NCBI GenBank assembly: GCA_036171915.1 | Contig: JAVHRY010000092.1 | Location: 15,298-79,297, forward strand | Origin: Elusimicrobiales bacterium | GTDB taxonomy: Bacteria; Elusimicrobiota; Elusimicrobia; Elusimicrobiales; UBA9959 | Length of the DNA: 64,000 nt | Direction: 5' to 3' | Part shown: positions 1-7,784 of the stretch, piece by piece | Layout: each line of letters starts with the position of its first letter | Numbering within the stretch: position 1 is the stretch's first letter | Translations under genes and position numbers: made by a program | The notes under the pieces: generated by a model | What the model was told of the DNA's origin: nothing | The model's input: only the letters and a program-made list of their open reading frames with translations | Database searches by the model: none

Positions 1-136
1 ACCGAATCCGACCAAAAGAGCAACGCCAGGGCCTTCAGGCAGGGCGCCGAGATACTGGCGCTGCTGCTTAAATATTCAATAAGCCCCGCCTCCGTCTTTG
101 CCGCTGACCGCGGCGCGAAGACGTACGGCTTCAGGG

Positions 137-1690
137 TTATTTATTCCCAGGCGCTTTAGCTCCACGCGCTTCTCCCTCCCCCCCGCGGGCCCGCAACAAG
201 ACCTTAATATTCTGTTTCAGCCGCTGCTCAAAAACCGAGCTGGAGGTGTTCCAGGACAGGAAGGCCTTCAGCAGCTGCCCCGGCCGGGCCAAATAATACA
301 CCGCGTAGAACAGGACCGTCCCGGAAAGCTGGTATATGGACAATTCAAAAGGCCCTGCGGCCCCGCAATAGCGGTTTTTATTCTTAAGGAAAAGATTGAG
401 GCCGAGAGAATTGAAATACCCGTCGTCCAGCGCCGGGATAATTTTTTTCTCCAGCAGGCTTTTAAAATACTCCGAGCCGGGATAAGGGGAGAACTGAAAA
501 ACCGGCGCGTCGTTCACCCCCATAAAAGCGAGCTTCAACTGCAGGAAAAGGGTCTTAAATATCTGGGCCCTTGTTTCTCCGGGGAAGCCTATTATCAGGT
601 TGGCTTTTACCCCCAGCCCCAGTCGGCGGGCGCTCTTCACCACCTTTGTAAAAGCCTTAAGGTCCAGGTTCTTGCCCGCCGCGTCCAGCACCTGGCCGGA
701 CCCGCTTTCGGGGGCGAAACCCAGATACCTGGCCCCGCTGGCGCTTGCCAGCCCAAGGAGTTCTTCATCCAGGGCTTCAAAGCGGGTCCCGGAAGCCATC
801 TGCCAGGTTATTTTTAATTTCCGGGCCAGCAGCAGCGCGCAAAAGTCATGCAGCCATTGTTTCCCTATAATAGGGGACAGGTCGTAAAATTCCACGCATT
901 GTACGCCGTATTTCTTTATATACAGCTCAATCTCATCAACTACGTTCTGCGGGCTTCTGTGAATGTAATAATCCCCCCACATGCCGGGGTTCGAACAGAA
1001 TTTGCATGAGTACGGGCACCCGCGGCTGGAGAGTATCGGCAGTGTCCTGCCCTGATAAGGGCCGTGCGACAGCCCGGCCCGGAAATAGTTTTCAACCGGG
1101 ACCGCGTCCCATAAAGGCAACGGCATCCCGTCAAGCGCGGCTATCCTGGCCCTCGGCGGGGTTTTTAAAAAAGCCCCGTCTTTTCTGAAAGCGATACCGT
1201 TTATTTTTTCTATGCCGGAACCGCCGGACAGGGCCCCGGCGAGTTCACTTAAGGTTTCCTCGCCCTCCCCGATAACGGCGATATCTATTCCCGGAGCCTG
1301 GGCCAGCACAAGTTCGGGCAGGGCGGAAACATGCTCCCCCCCGGCCACAATTTTTATGCCGGGTAAAGCCGCCTTTATTATTTTCACAACTTCCCTGTTG
1401 AACGGCCATTCCGGGGAAAACATGCAGGAAACCCCCAGCACGGCCGTATCGCGCGGGATTTTGCGGATTATTTCCGCTATAGCCAAGCCCCGGTATTTGT
1501 AGTTTTTTACCCCCGGGAGGACCGCGATATTTTCAAGCCCTTCGCCCAGAGAATCTATAACCGTAACAGGGAAACCGTGAATTGTCAGGTATGCCGCCAG
1601 GCTTGCCAGAGCCAGCGGCGGGGCGACGGAGGAAACATTGAACTGCCCCTCCGGCACCGGCGTAGGGAAGCGCAGCAGGGTGAGCCGCAT
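137..1690 (-). CDS. B12-binding-domain radical SAM protein (class B, likely methyltransferase-type)
   Basis: CxxxCxxC radical-SAM motif (GCPYSCKFCSNP) follows an N-terminal Rossmann-like B12-binding region. Start moved to ATG 1690, which has a GGGAG SD ~6 nt upstream and lies 1 nt after the upstream stop. The ORF track gives 1732. Confidence 0.8.
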   Translation of the reverse strand: MRLTLLRFPTPVPEGQFNVSSVAPPLALASLAAYLTIHGFPVTVIDSLGEGLENIAVLPGVKNYKYRGLAIAEIIRKIPRDTAVLGVSCMFSPEWPFNREVVKIIKAALPGIKIVAGGEHVSALPELVLAQAPGIDIAVIGEGEETLSELAGALSGGSGIEKINGIAFRKDGAFLKTPPRARIAALDGMPLPLWDAVPVENYFRAGLSHGPYQGRTLPILSSRGCPYSCKFCSNPGMWGDYYIHRSPQNVVDEIELYIKKYGVQCVEFYDLSPIIGKQWLHDFCALLLARKLKITWQMASGTRFEALDEELLGLASASGARYLGFAPESGSGQVLDAAGKNLDLKAFTKVVKSARRLGLGVKANLIIGFPGETRAQIFKTLFLQLKLAFMGVNDAPVFQFSPYPGSEYFKSLLEKKIIPALDDGYFNSLGLNLFLKNKNRYCGAAGPFELSIYQLSGTVLFYAVYYLARPGQLLKAFLSWNTSSSVFEQRLKQNIKVLLRARGGEGEARGAKAPGNK

Positions 1691-1691
1691 C

Positions 1692-2480
1692 TTAGCTCCC
1701 GCCCGGACCGGGCCGCGGGAAAACGGGAGCACCTGTTCTTTTCAGGAACCTCCCGGCTATGTTCATTTTAGCGAACCTGTCCACATCCCCGGGGATCCCC
1801 AGCCCGTACATCCCGTTGAATTCTTCCCCCACGTTGAACAGGGCGACCCGGAGCCCCTTCGCCAGCATTTCGTTGTAAACGGGTGCGACATAAAATTCGC
1901 CGTTCACCCGGAAATCTTTTTTGATCATGCTTTCGGCGGCCTCTACAAAACAGCGCCCGCGCTTGAAGTTATAGACGCCCACGGTCGCCTCGTTCGACAC
2001 CACCTGTTTTTCAACCACTTCCACTGCCCTGCCCAGCCCGTCCAGCCTTACGAACGACCACTTGGGATCGTCCGCCAGCATTGTCATTATAAGGCCGTCC
2101 GCGCCCGCCATGGCGTTCAAATAAGCGTCGATATCGACGTCCGCCAGCTGGTCGCTGTTGGCCAACATTAAAGGCTCGTCGTTGTTTATCAGCTCTTTGG
2201 CCAGCAGCACAGTGCAGGCGGCGCCGGCGGTCAGCCCGGGGACCGCGATAATTTCACAGCCGGGCTCCAGCGCTCTTAAAACCTTGTCTATGCCGTACCG
2301 GGAAAGGTGTTCTTCCCGGCAGAGAAAAATAAACCTGTGCGGCGCCAGGGGCCTCAGGTTGCTGATCACGTAGTTTATGATCGGGACCCCGTCTATGGGG
2401 ATAAGCGGTTTCGGCAGGGTAAACCCGGCTTCCGCGAAACGCCTGCCCTCCCCAGCCATCGGGATAACTATATTAAGCAT
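1692..2480 (-). CDS. Sugar/alcohol-phosphate nucleotidyltransferase (NTP_transferase fold)
   Basis: N-terminal IVIPMAGEGRRF...LPKPLIPIDG signature of nucleotidyltransferases. Packed tightly against the flanking genes. Confidence 0.75.
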   Translation of the reverse strand: MLNIVIPMAGEGRRFAEAGFTLPKPLIPIDGVPIINYVISNLRPLAPHRFIFLCREEHLSRYGIDKVLRALEPGCEIIAVPGLTAGAACTVLLAKELINNDEPLMLANSDQLADVDIDAYLNAMAGADGLIMTMLADDPKWSFVRLDGLGRAVEVVEKQVVSNEATVGVYNFKRGRCFVEAAESMIKKDFRVNGEFYVAPVYNEMLAKGLRVALFNVGEEFNGMYGLGIPGDVDRFAKMNIAGRFLKRTGAPVFPRPGPGGS

Positions 2481-2481
2481 G

Positions 2482-2811
2482 CTAAGGCCGCCCCGTACTG
2501 AATTTGTCGTCCGGGGCTCCGGGGACCTTGACCACCACGGTTACCACGTCGGACTCCGCCCTGAAGTCGGCGCTTTCCCCCGGCTCAACAACTATAATAT
2601 CACCGGCCCCGTATTTTACGCCGTTCATCTCCGCGCTCCCTGAAATTATGGCCGTTACCTCCGTAGCTATTTTATGGAAGTGGGCCCCGCCATAATAGCC
2701 TTTCTTATATTCTTTAACCCCCACCTCCGCGGACGGCGTCGCCAGGCAGGAGGGCGTGAAGCCGCCGACGAACCAGCCGCGCGTCATATCCTTTAATTTA
2801 TATTTTTTCAT
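2482..2811 (-). CDS. Small cupin-fold protein
   Basis: 109 aa with a GGAHFHK...GDIIVVEPGE pattern typical of cupin barrels. Overlaps the upstream gene by 4 nt. Confidence 0.5.
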   Translation of the reverse strand: MKKYKLKDMTRGWFVGGFTPSCLATPSAEVGVKEYKKGYYGGAHFHKIATEVTAIISGSAEMNGVKYGAGDIIVVEPGESADFRAESDVVTVVVKVPGAPDDKFSTGRP

Positions 2812-3449
2812 TTCAAGTCCGTTCCCCTGGCGGCCGCGATTATCCGCTCCTTCACGAAAGCATAACAGACCTCTTTAATATCCCTTACCCTGGCCACATG
2901 CGCCCCAGAACCGTAAGCGGCCTTTAAGCCCGCGGGATGGTCCTCCACAACAAGGCATTCCGCGGGCGCCAGCTTTAACCGGAGGAACGCCTCCAGGTAA
3001 ATCCGGGGGTCAGGCTTGGACTTCGGGACGTCCTGGTTGCCCAGGTAAAAATCAAAATAGCCTGCCAGGCCGCTCCCGGAGAGCGCGGCGGCTATGGTTT
3101 CCCTGGTAGAATTTGAAGCCGCCGCAAGTTTATAACCTTCAGCTTTCAGCCTGCGCAGCATCTCCGTGCGCGCGCCGCAGGGCCGGCAGTTTCCCGCAAC
3201 AAGTTCAATGGTATAGCGCTGCTTCAGCGCGTTTATTGAAGAATAAAGCTCCGCCGGCAGCCCCTTCAGCCTGGACATGAGCTTAAGCTTTTCCCTTGTA
3301 GGCAGCCCTTCGTAATGGCGCTCGTGCTCCTCCCTGGTAAGAGTGAAGCCGTGTTCGGAAAGCGCGCGGCTGAGGGCCTGGTAATGCCAATCCCCGGTGT
3401 CCACGAGCACGCCGTCCAGGTCGAAGATTACGGCCTTAATTACGCCCAT
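2808..3449 (-). CDS. HAD-superfamily phosphatase (beta-phosphoglucomutase-like subfamily)
   Basis: Motif I FDLDGVLVDT is present, with later HAD motifs (AAASNS, VVEDHPAG). Confidence 0.8.
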   Translation of the reverse strand: MGVIKAVIFDLDGVLVDTGDWHYQALSRALSEHGFTLTREEHERHYEGLPTREKLKLMSRLKGLPAELYSSINALKQRYTIELVAGNCRPCGARTEMLRRLKAEGYKLAAASNSTRETIAAALSGSGLAGYFDFYLGNQDVPKSKPDPRIYLEAFLRLKLAPAECLVVEDHPAGLKAAYGSGAHVARVRDIKEVCYAFVKERIIAAARGTDLK

Positions 3450-4050
3450 TAAAATACAGTTCCGCCCGCCGCGGAAAATCCGTGCAAAGCATCAGCTGGC
3501 CACTCCCGGCAGCCGCCTCTATTTTTTTCAGTTCCCGCCAGGTTTTTTTAAAATTCCTGTTATGCAGCTCCGGGGACACTACGCAGACCCGTTTATCGCT
3601 GGCCAAGTGTTCTTTTATGGCCTCCGGGCCTATCCAGCTGCTGTAGAACTCGTCCAGCCAGACGCCCCGCGCCTTACCGTAAAAGGCCGGGGCCCGTTCG
3701 TATTCGCTTTGCCGCGTAAATATTTTCATGCCGCTCTTTAAATATTCAACCCCGTCAGGAACGGACATGTCAAAAACGAAATAGTTCTTGATCCTGAATC
3801 TCTTGACAAGGGCAAGCAGCCTTCCCTGCAGGCCGCAGGCTTTAATGTTCAAAGCCAGGGGCGGCTGCGGTTTTAACGGCGCGTAGACCTTCAAGAATTT
3901 TTCAAGCTTGACGGCCCGCGCCGTAGGCAGGCCGTGAGACACCACGAGTCCGCGGGCAAGATCGCGTATATCCAGCTCGGCGCCTAAGCCGGCCCGCAGA
4001 GCGGCCCGGAAACTTGCAGGCTTATTGGCCCTGTGCCAGAGTATTTGCAT
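3436..4050 (-). CDS. Hypothetical protein, glycerophosphodiester-phosphodiesterase-like (PLC-like TIM barrel)
   Basis: N-terminus WHRAN...AELDIRD...VVSHG resembles the HR..E.D..HD pattern of GDPD enzymes. AAGGA SD upstream; 15-nt gap to the upstream regulator gene. Confidence 0.4.
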   Translation of the reverse strand: MQILWHRANKPASFRAALRAGLGAELDIRDLARGLVVSHGLPTARAVKLEKFLKVYAPLKPQPPLALNIKACGLQGRLLALVKRFRIKNYFVFDMSVPDGVEYLKSGMKIFTRQSEYERAPAFYGKARGVWLDEFYSSWIGPEAIKEHLASDKRVCVVSPELHNRNFKKTWRELKKIEAAAGSGQLMLCTDFPRRAELYFNGRN

Positions 4051-4065
4051 GCTGTCCTTTCCCGC

Positions 4066-5448
4066 CTAACGTTTTACACCCAGGCCGTAGGCCTTTATTT
4101 TGTCATAAAGCGCCTTCCTGTCAATGGAAAGCAGTTTCGCGGCCCTGACCTTGTTGCCGCCGGCGGCAGCCAGGGCCGCCGTTATGAGGCGCACCTCGGT
4201 TTCGGCCCTGGCCCGCCTCAGGCTTTCTTTCATGTTCAGGTCCAGTGGCCCGGCGGCGGTTTCGGGCGCGCGGGCCGCCGGGTAAGGCTGCCCTTCAAGC
4301 CCCAGGTGAACGGGCAGGATCTCACCGCCGCTGAGCAGTGCGGCCCTTATTATCACATTACGCAGTTCGCGCACATTCCCCGGCCAGTTGTAGGCGGCCA
4401 GGGCGGCCAGCGCCGACTCTGAAATGGTTTCGATTTTTTTATTTACCAGTTTCTCCGCTTCCCGCAGGAAAAAAACCGCGAGTACGGGGATATCTTCTTT
4501 CCGCTCGGCCAGGGCCGGCACCCGCACGGTAAACTGGTTCAGGCGGTGGTAGAGGTCCTCCCTGAACACCCCTTCCCTTATTTCCCCGGGCAGGTCACGG
4601 TTGGCAGCCGCGATAATGCGCGCGTCCACCGGGATGTCTTTTTTGCCGCCGAGGTGGCGTATTTTCCTTTCTTCCAGCACGCGCAGCAGCTTGGCCTGCG
4701 TAGCCGCGGTAAGGTTGGCTATTTCATCCAGGAAGAGCGTGCCGCAGAAAGCCATTTCAAAAAGGCCCGGCTTGCGCCTGTCCGCCCCGGTAAACGCCCC
4801 GCGCTCATAGCCAAAAAGTTCGCTCTCCACCAGGTTCTCCGGCAGCGCGCCGCAGTCAAGCGCCACAAAAGGGTTTGAGTTCCTGGGGCTCAGGCGGTGG
4901 ATCTCGCGCGCCCAGACTTCCTTGCCGGAGCCGGACGGGCCGGAAAGGATCACGGTAAGGTCGGTGGCGGCCACCTGCGCGGCCAGGGCGGAGACCTGGC
5001 GCATTACGCGGCTGGGGCCCAGCACCGGCCCCTGGCCCTGGGCGCTTTTTACATGGCTGCGCAGCGCTTCGAATTCCTGCTTAAGCCGGCGCTCTTTTAT
5101 GGCGTGTTCCATTATCATCAGCAATTCTTCATTCCCGAAGGGCTTTACCAGGTAGTCCAGAGCGCCGAGCTTCATGGCTCTTACCGCGCTCTGCACGTCG
5201 GCGTGCCCGGTAAGTATCACCACCGGCAGCCCGGGGTCTTCCCCTTTAAGTTTTTCAAGCACCGCCAGGCCGTCGGCGTCGCCCAGCTTAAGATCCAGCA
5301 CAACGGCGTCAAAGGCAAAGCTCTCGGCGAAGTCCACGGCCTCCGCCCCGGAAGCCGCGGCGGTGCAGGCATGCCGCCCGGACTCAAGCGCGGCTTTAAG
5401 CACAAAGCGGGTGTCTTCGTCGTCCTCGGCTATTAAAATATTTCCCAT
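4066..5448 (-). CDS. Sigma-54-dependent response regulator (NtrC family: REC + AAA+ + Fis-type HTH)
   Basis: REC acidic pocket (EDDEDT, VVLDLKLGDADG), Walker A GPSGSGKE, intact GAFTGA loop (ERGAFTGA) and a C-terminal HTH (NKVRAAKLLSIDRKALYDKIK). Confidence 0.9.
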   Translation of the reverse strand: MGNILIAEDDEDTRFVLKAALESGRHACTAAASGAEAVDFAESFAFDAVVLDLKLGDADGLAVLEKLKGEDPGLPVVILTGHADVQSAVRAMKLGALDYLVKPFGNEELLMIMEHAIKERRLKQEFEALRSHVKSAQGQGPVLGPSRVMRQVSALAAQVAATDLTVILSGPSGSGKEVWAREIHRLSPRNSNPFVALDCGALPENLVESELFGYERGAFTGADRRKPGLFEMAFCGTLFLDEIANLTAATQAKLLRVLEERKIRHLGGKKDIPVDARIIAAANRDLPGEIREGVFREDLYHRLNQFTVRVPALAERKEDIPVLAVFFLREAEKLVNKKIETISESALAALAAYNWPGNVRELRNVIIRAALLSGGEILPVHLGLEGQPYPAARAPETAAGPLDLNMKESLRRARAETEVRLITAALAAAGGNKVRAAKLLSIDRKALYDKIKAYGLGVKR

Positions 5449-5487
5449 TAGTCCCTGTTATCCCCTTCCCGGCCGGTGTAAAGCGGC

Positions 5488-6597
5488 TTATACTATTTTC
5501 CGGAACCGCAGGCTCACCACGGCTCCGCCGTCCGGAGAGGGCTGCACGCTTATCCGCCCGCCGTGCTCGTCCATTATCTGGCGGGCCAGGTAAAGCCCCA
5601 GGCCGGTTCCATTTTCCTTGGTGGTAAAAAAAGGCTGAAAAATATTTTCAAGGACCGCCGGCTCCAGCCCCGGTCCGTTGTCGGAGATAGTTAAGAAAAC
5701 TTCGCCCTCCGCCTCAAGCCAGCCCGAAGCTATCTTTATAGTCCCGTCCCGCCGTCCGGCAAGCGCCTGTGCGGCATTATTAAGCAGGTTGTAAATTACG
5801 CTGTGCATGTAGCGCGGGTCCAGGAAGACCTTCGGCGCCTTGTCGAAGTTTTTTTCAACGCCGATCTTTGCGGCTTTAAGGGAGCTGTCCATAAGCCCCA
5901 GGGCGTATTCGGCGGCTTCAGTTGCCGAATACGGTTCAAGCCGGCACATGCCGCTGTGCGAGAAATCCAGCAGGGTCTTAACTATTTTAGAAGCGCGCCG
6001 CGCGTTGCGCTCTATCAGCTCCGCCGAAGACCGGACCTGCTCCGTCTGGCCCTCCTGCGCCCGCAGCAGTTCCGAGGCGGACAGGATAACGTGCAGCGGG
6101 CTCTTTATATCGTGCGCGAACATGGAGGTGAGCTGGCCGATGGAGGTGAGGCGCCCCAGTTTGCGGGCCGCGTTACGGAAAGCGTGGGGGTCTTTGAGCA
6201 GCGCCCACTCGTCGGGGGAAACCGGGGACAGGTAAAGGCAGAAACCGTTGACCCCGCCGGCGTCGTCTTTAAGCGCCTGCGCCGTCAGAAAGATCCGGAC
6301 TATGCTGCGCTGGGCGGTAAGCAGGTAAAAACAGTAGTTGCGCACGATGCCGTTCTTAACGGCCAGCCCGGCCAGGCGCGAAAACTCCTTAAAGTCTTTT
6401 TCAAGCATCAGGGACGCTGCGGAGTTCCCGGTTATGGCGTTTTTTTCCCAGCCGAGCAGGACCAGGGCGCTGTTATTTACCAGCAGTACGGTAAGTTGCC
6501 TGTCCAGCACCAGCGCGGGCTCCGGCGAATTGACGAAAATAGAGTTAAAAAGGCTGCGCTGTATTCCGTGCAGTTGAGACTCGTCGCTTCCGGTCAT
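5488..6597 (-). CDS. Soluble PAS-domain sensor histidine kinase
   Basis: H-box FAHDIKSPLH, N-box LLNNAAQA, G-boxes DNGPGL and GTGLGL. No obvious TM segment. Its start overlaps the upstream stop (ATGA). Confidence 0.85.
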   Translation of the reverse strand: MTGSDESQLHGIQRSLFNSIFVNSPEPALVLDRQLTVLLVNNSALVLLGWEKNAITGNSAASLMLEKDFKEFSRLAGLAVKNGIVRNYCFYLLTAQRSIVRIFLTAQALKDDAGGVNGFCLYLSPVSPDEWALLKDPHAFRNAARKLGRLTSIGQLTSMFAHDIKSPLHVILSASELLRAQEGQTEQVRSSAELIERNARRASKIVKTLLDFSHSGMCRLEPYSATEAAEYALGLMDSSLKAAKIGVEKNFDKAPKVFLDPRYMHSVIYNLLNNAAQALAGRRDGTIKIASGWLEAEGEVFLTISDNGPGLEPAVLENIFQPFFTTKENGTGLGLYLARQIMDEHGGRISVQPSPDGGAVVSLRFRKIV

Positions 6598-7640
6598 AAA
6601 TTTTTCCTATAGAGGTTTACCGAGCGGCGGGAAACCTTGAGCCCGTAACCGGCCCGAAGTGCCGCCGCCAAAGCCGCGTCGGTCATTTTTATTCCGCCCT
6701 CCCCCAGGACTTCCATTATTTTACCAATTACAAAATCCTTTTTAGCAAAGAAAAGACTTCTTAATTTTATTTCCTCTCCACCGGGAATAATTACGGTTTT
6801 AAGCGCTATCAGCCTTGAAAGAGTGCCGGGGTTCAGGCCCAGCCTGTCGGCAAGCTGCCGCTGGCTTAAAGGCTTAAGCGGGCCCCGGCCCGACAAAAAA
6901 TCCGCCTGCGCTTCCATCAGCGCGGAGAGCGCCCTGTGCAGCCCGTCCTTGCGCCAGGACAGGCGCTGCGCCATGGAAGCCAGCGCCCGCGCCCGCGCTC
7001 TTTCCTGGCGGCTGAGCCCGCCGCTTTTAAGCAGCCGCGAAAAGGCCGGCCCGTTTATGACGTAGGCGCCGCGGAAATAGGACGGGTTAAGATAGGAAGC
7101 GTACAGGCGCCCTTCTTCGGCGCAGATCTTCGCGGCGCAACGCAGATACACCGCCGGCAGGGCGGCCGGGGCGGTGCGCTCGTGGGCAAGAATAAAAGCG
7201 TCCGCGAACCCCCTGAGCGCGGCGGTTTGGGCTTCGCTTATGCCGCAGGCCAGGGCGGACTCCTCCACGGAGCGCCGCCGGCCTGAAAGGAAATATTCGG
7301 AAAAAGCCGCCTCGCCCACGCGCCCGGCCAGCGCCGCCATGGCGGGCCGGTCGGAGAGCCACTCGCCGGCGCTGGCTCCGGAAGCCGCGGCAGCCAGGGC
7401 AGCGTCGGACACGGCGTAGGAAAAAGCGTAAGAAGCGCCGGCGAACTTGCGCCGGACGACCGGCGCGTCCCCGCCCGTCCCGGGGGCGCAAAGCCTGGCG
7501 AACAGCGGGTCGGCCTTCAGCTCGGCCTCCAGGCGCAGAAAATCCTCCTCCGGCGCCGCCAGCACCGAAAACAGCCGCAAGTCCTGGCGCAGCACCTGCG
7601 CCTGGGAAAGATCAAGTCCCTGTTTCTTCCGTTTTTCCAT
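6594..7640 (-). CDS. rpoN: Short RNA polymerase sigma-54-like factor (348 aa)
   Basis: Region-I-like Leu/Gln-rich N-terminus (LSQAQVLRQDLRLFSVL...DPLF). C-terminal HTH segment LKPLSQRQLADRLGLNPGTLSRLI...EIKLRSLFF. RpoN-box-like end LKVSRRSVNLYRKNL. The middle is Ala-rich and much shorter than the usual core-binding region. Confidence 0.6.
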   Translation of the reverse strand: MEKRKKQGLDLSQAQVLRQDLRLFSVLAAPEEDFLRLEAELKADPLFARLCAPGTGGDAPVVRRKFAGASYAFSYAVSDAALAAAASGASAGEWLSDRPAMAALAGRVGEAAFSEYFLSGRRRSVEESALACGISEAQTAALRGFADAFILAHERTAPAALPAVYLRCAAKICAEEGRLYASYLNPSYFRGAYVINGPAFSRLLKSGGLSRQERARARALASMAQRLSWRKDGLHRALSALMEAQADFLSGRGPLKPLSQRQLADRLGLNPGTLSRLIALKTVIIPGGEEIKLRSLFFAKKDFVIGKIMEVLGEGGIKMTDAALAAALRAGYGLKVSRRSVNLYRKNL

Positions 7641-7712
7641 TGGAGAAATCCTAAACTGAATTATAACAATTTTGCCCCTTTTAGGAGGTTTAAGCCCCAG
7701 CCGTCGGCAGAA

Positions 7713-7741
7713 TTGACATACGGCGTTATGATTGATAGATT
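7713..7741 (+). promoter_or_regulatory. Sigma-70-type promoter candidate for nrdJ (TTGACA-17-TAGATT)
   Basis: TTGACA at 7713-7718, 17-nt spacer, TAGATT at 7736-7741. It lies ~44 nt upstream of ATG 7785. The ORF-track start at 7713 is the TTG of this -35 box. Confidence 0.5.
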
Positions 7742-7784
7742 AACCCTAATCCCTATTTTCAGGACCTTTAAGGACACAACAAGA

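Noticed and set aside
1-136. Possible N-terminus of a further minus-strand gene downstream of the radical SAM gene, with an open frame reading ...LSSSASISAPCLKALALLFWSDS to the window edge.
   Set aside because: Fewer than 50 codons are visible, there is no clear start codon, and no family can be assigned. It is mentioned only as a hint that the cluster continues.
98-817. Long ORFs antisense to, or out of frame with, the called genes. Examples: 98-817, 5803-6612, 32903-33952, 36220-37083, 37153-38319, 48254-49156, 58172-59011 and 13713-14276.
   Set aside because: These are typical shadow ORFs of GC-rich DNA. Their translations are Arg/Gly/Ala/Pro-rich with no motifs, and each fully overlaps a gene with clear family signatures on the other strand or frame.
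4031-4050. TGGCAC plus TTTGCA words (GTGCCAGAGTATTTGCAT on the plus strand) that look like sigma-54 promoter parts.
   Set aside because: On the minus strand the TTGC-like word precedes TGGCAC, which is the wrong order. The sequence is simply codons 1-6 (MQILWH) of the GDPD-like gene.
7713-7784. ORF-track start of nrdJ at 7713, a 24-codon N-terminal extension.
   Set aside because: Position 7713 is the TTG of a TTGACA -35 box. The extension has no RNR similarity, and ATG 7785 has an AAGGA SD and gives the usual N-terminus.
7641-7784. Possible cobalamin riboswitch or NrdR box upstream of nrdJ.
   Set aside because: The ~144-nt region is too short and shows no B12-box-like core and no 16-bp NrdR-type palindromes. 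Only a sigma-70-like promoter, plus a divergent extended -10 (TGTTATAAT, minus strand), is visible.
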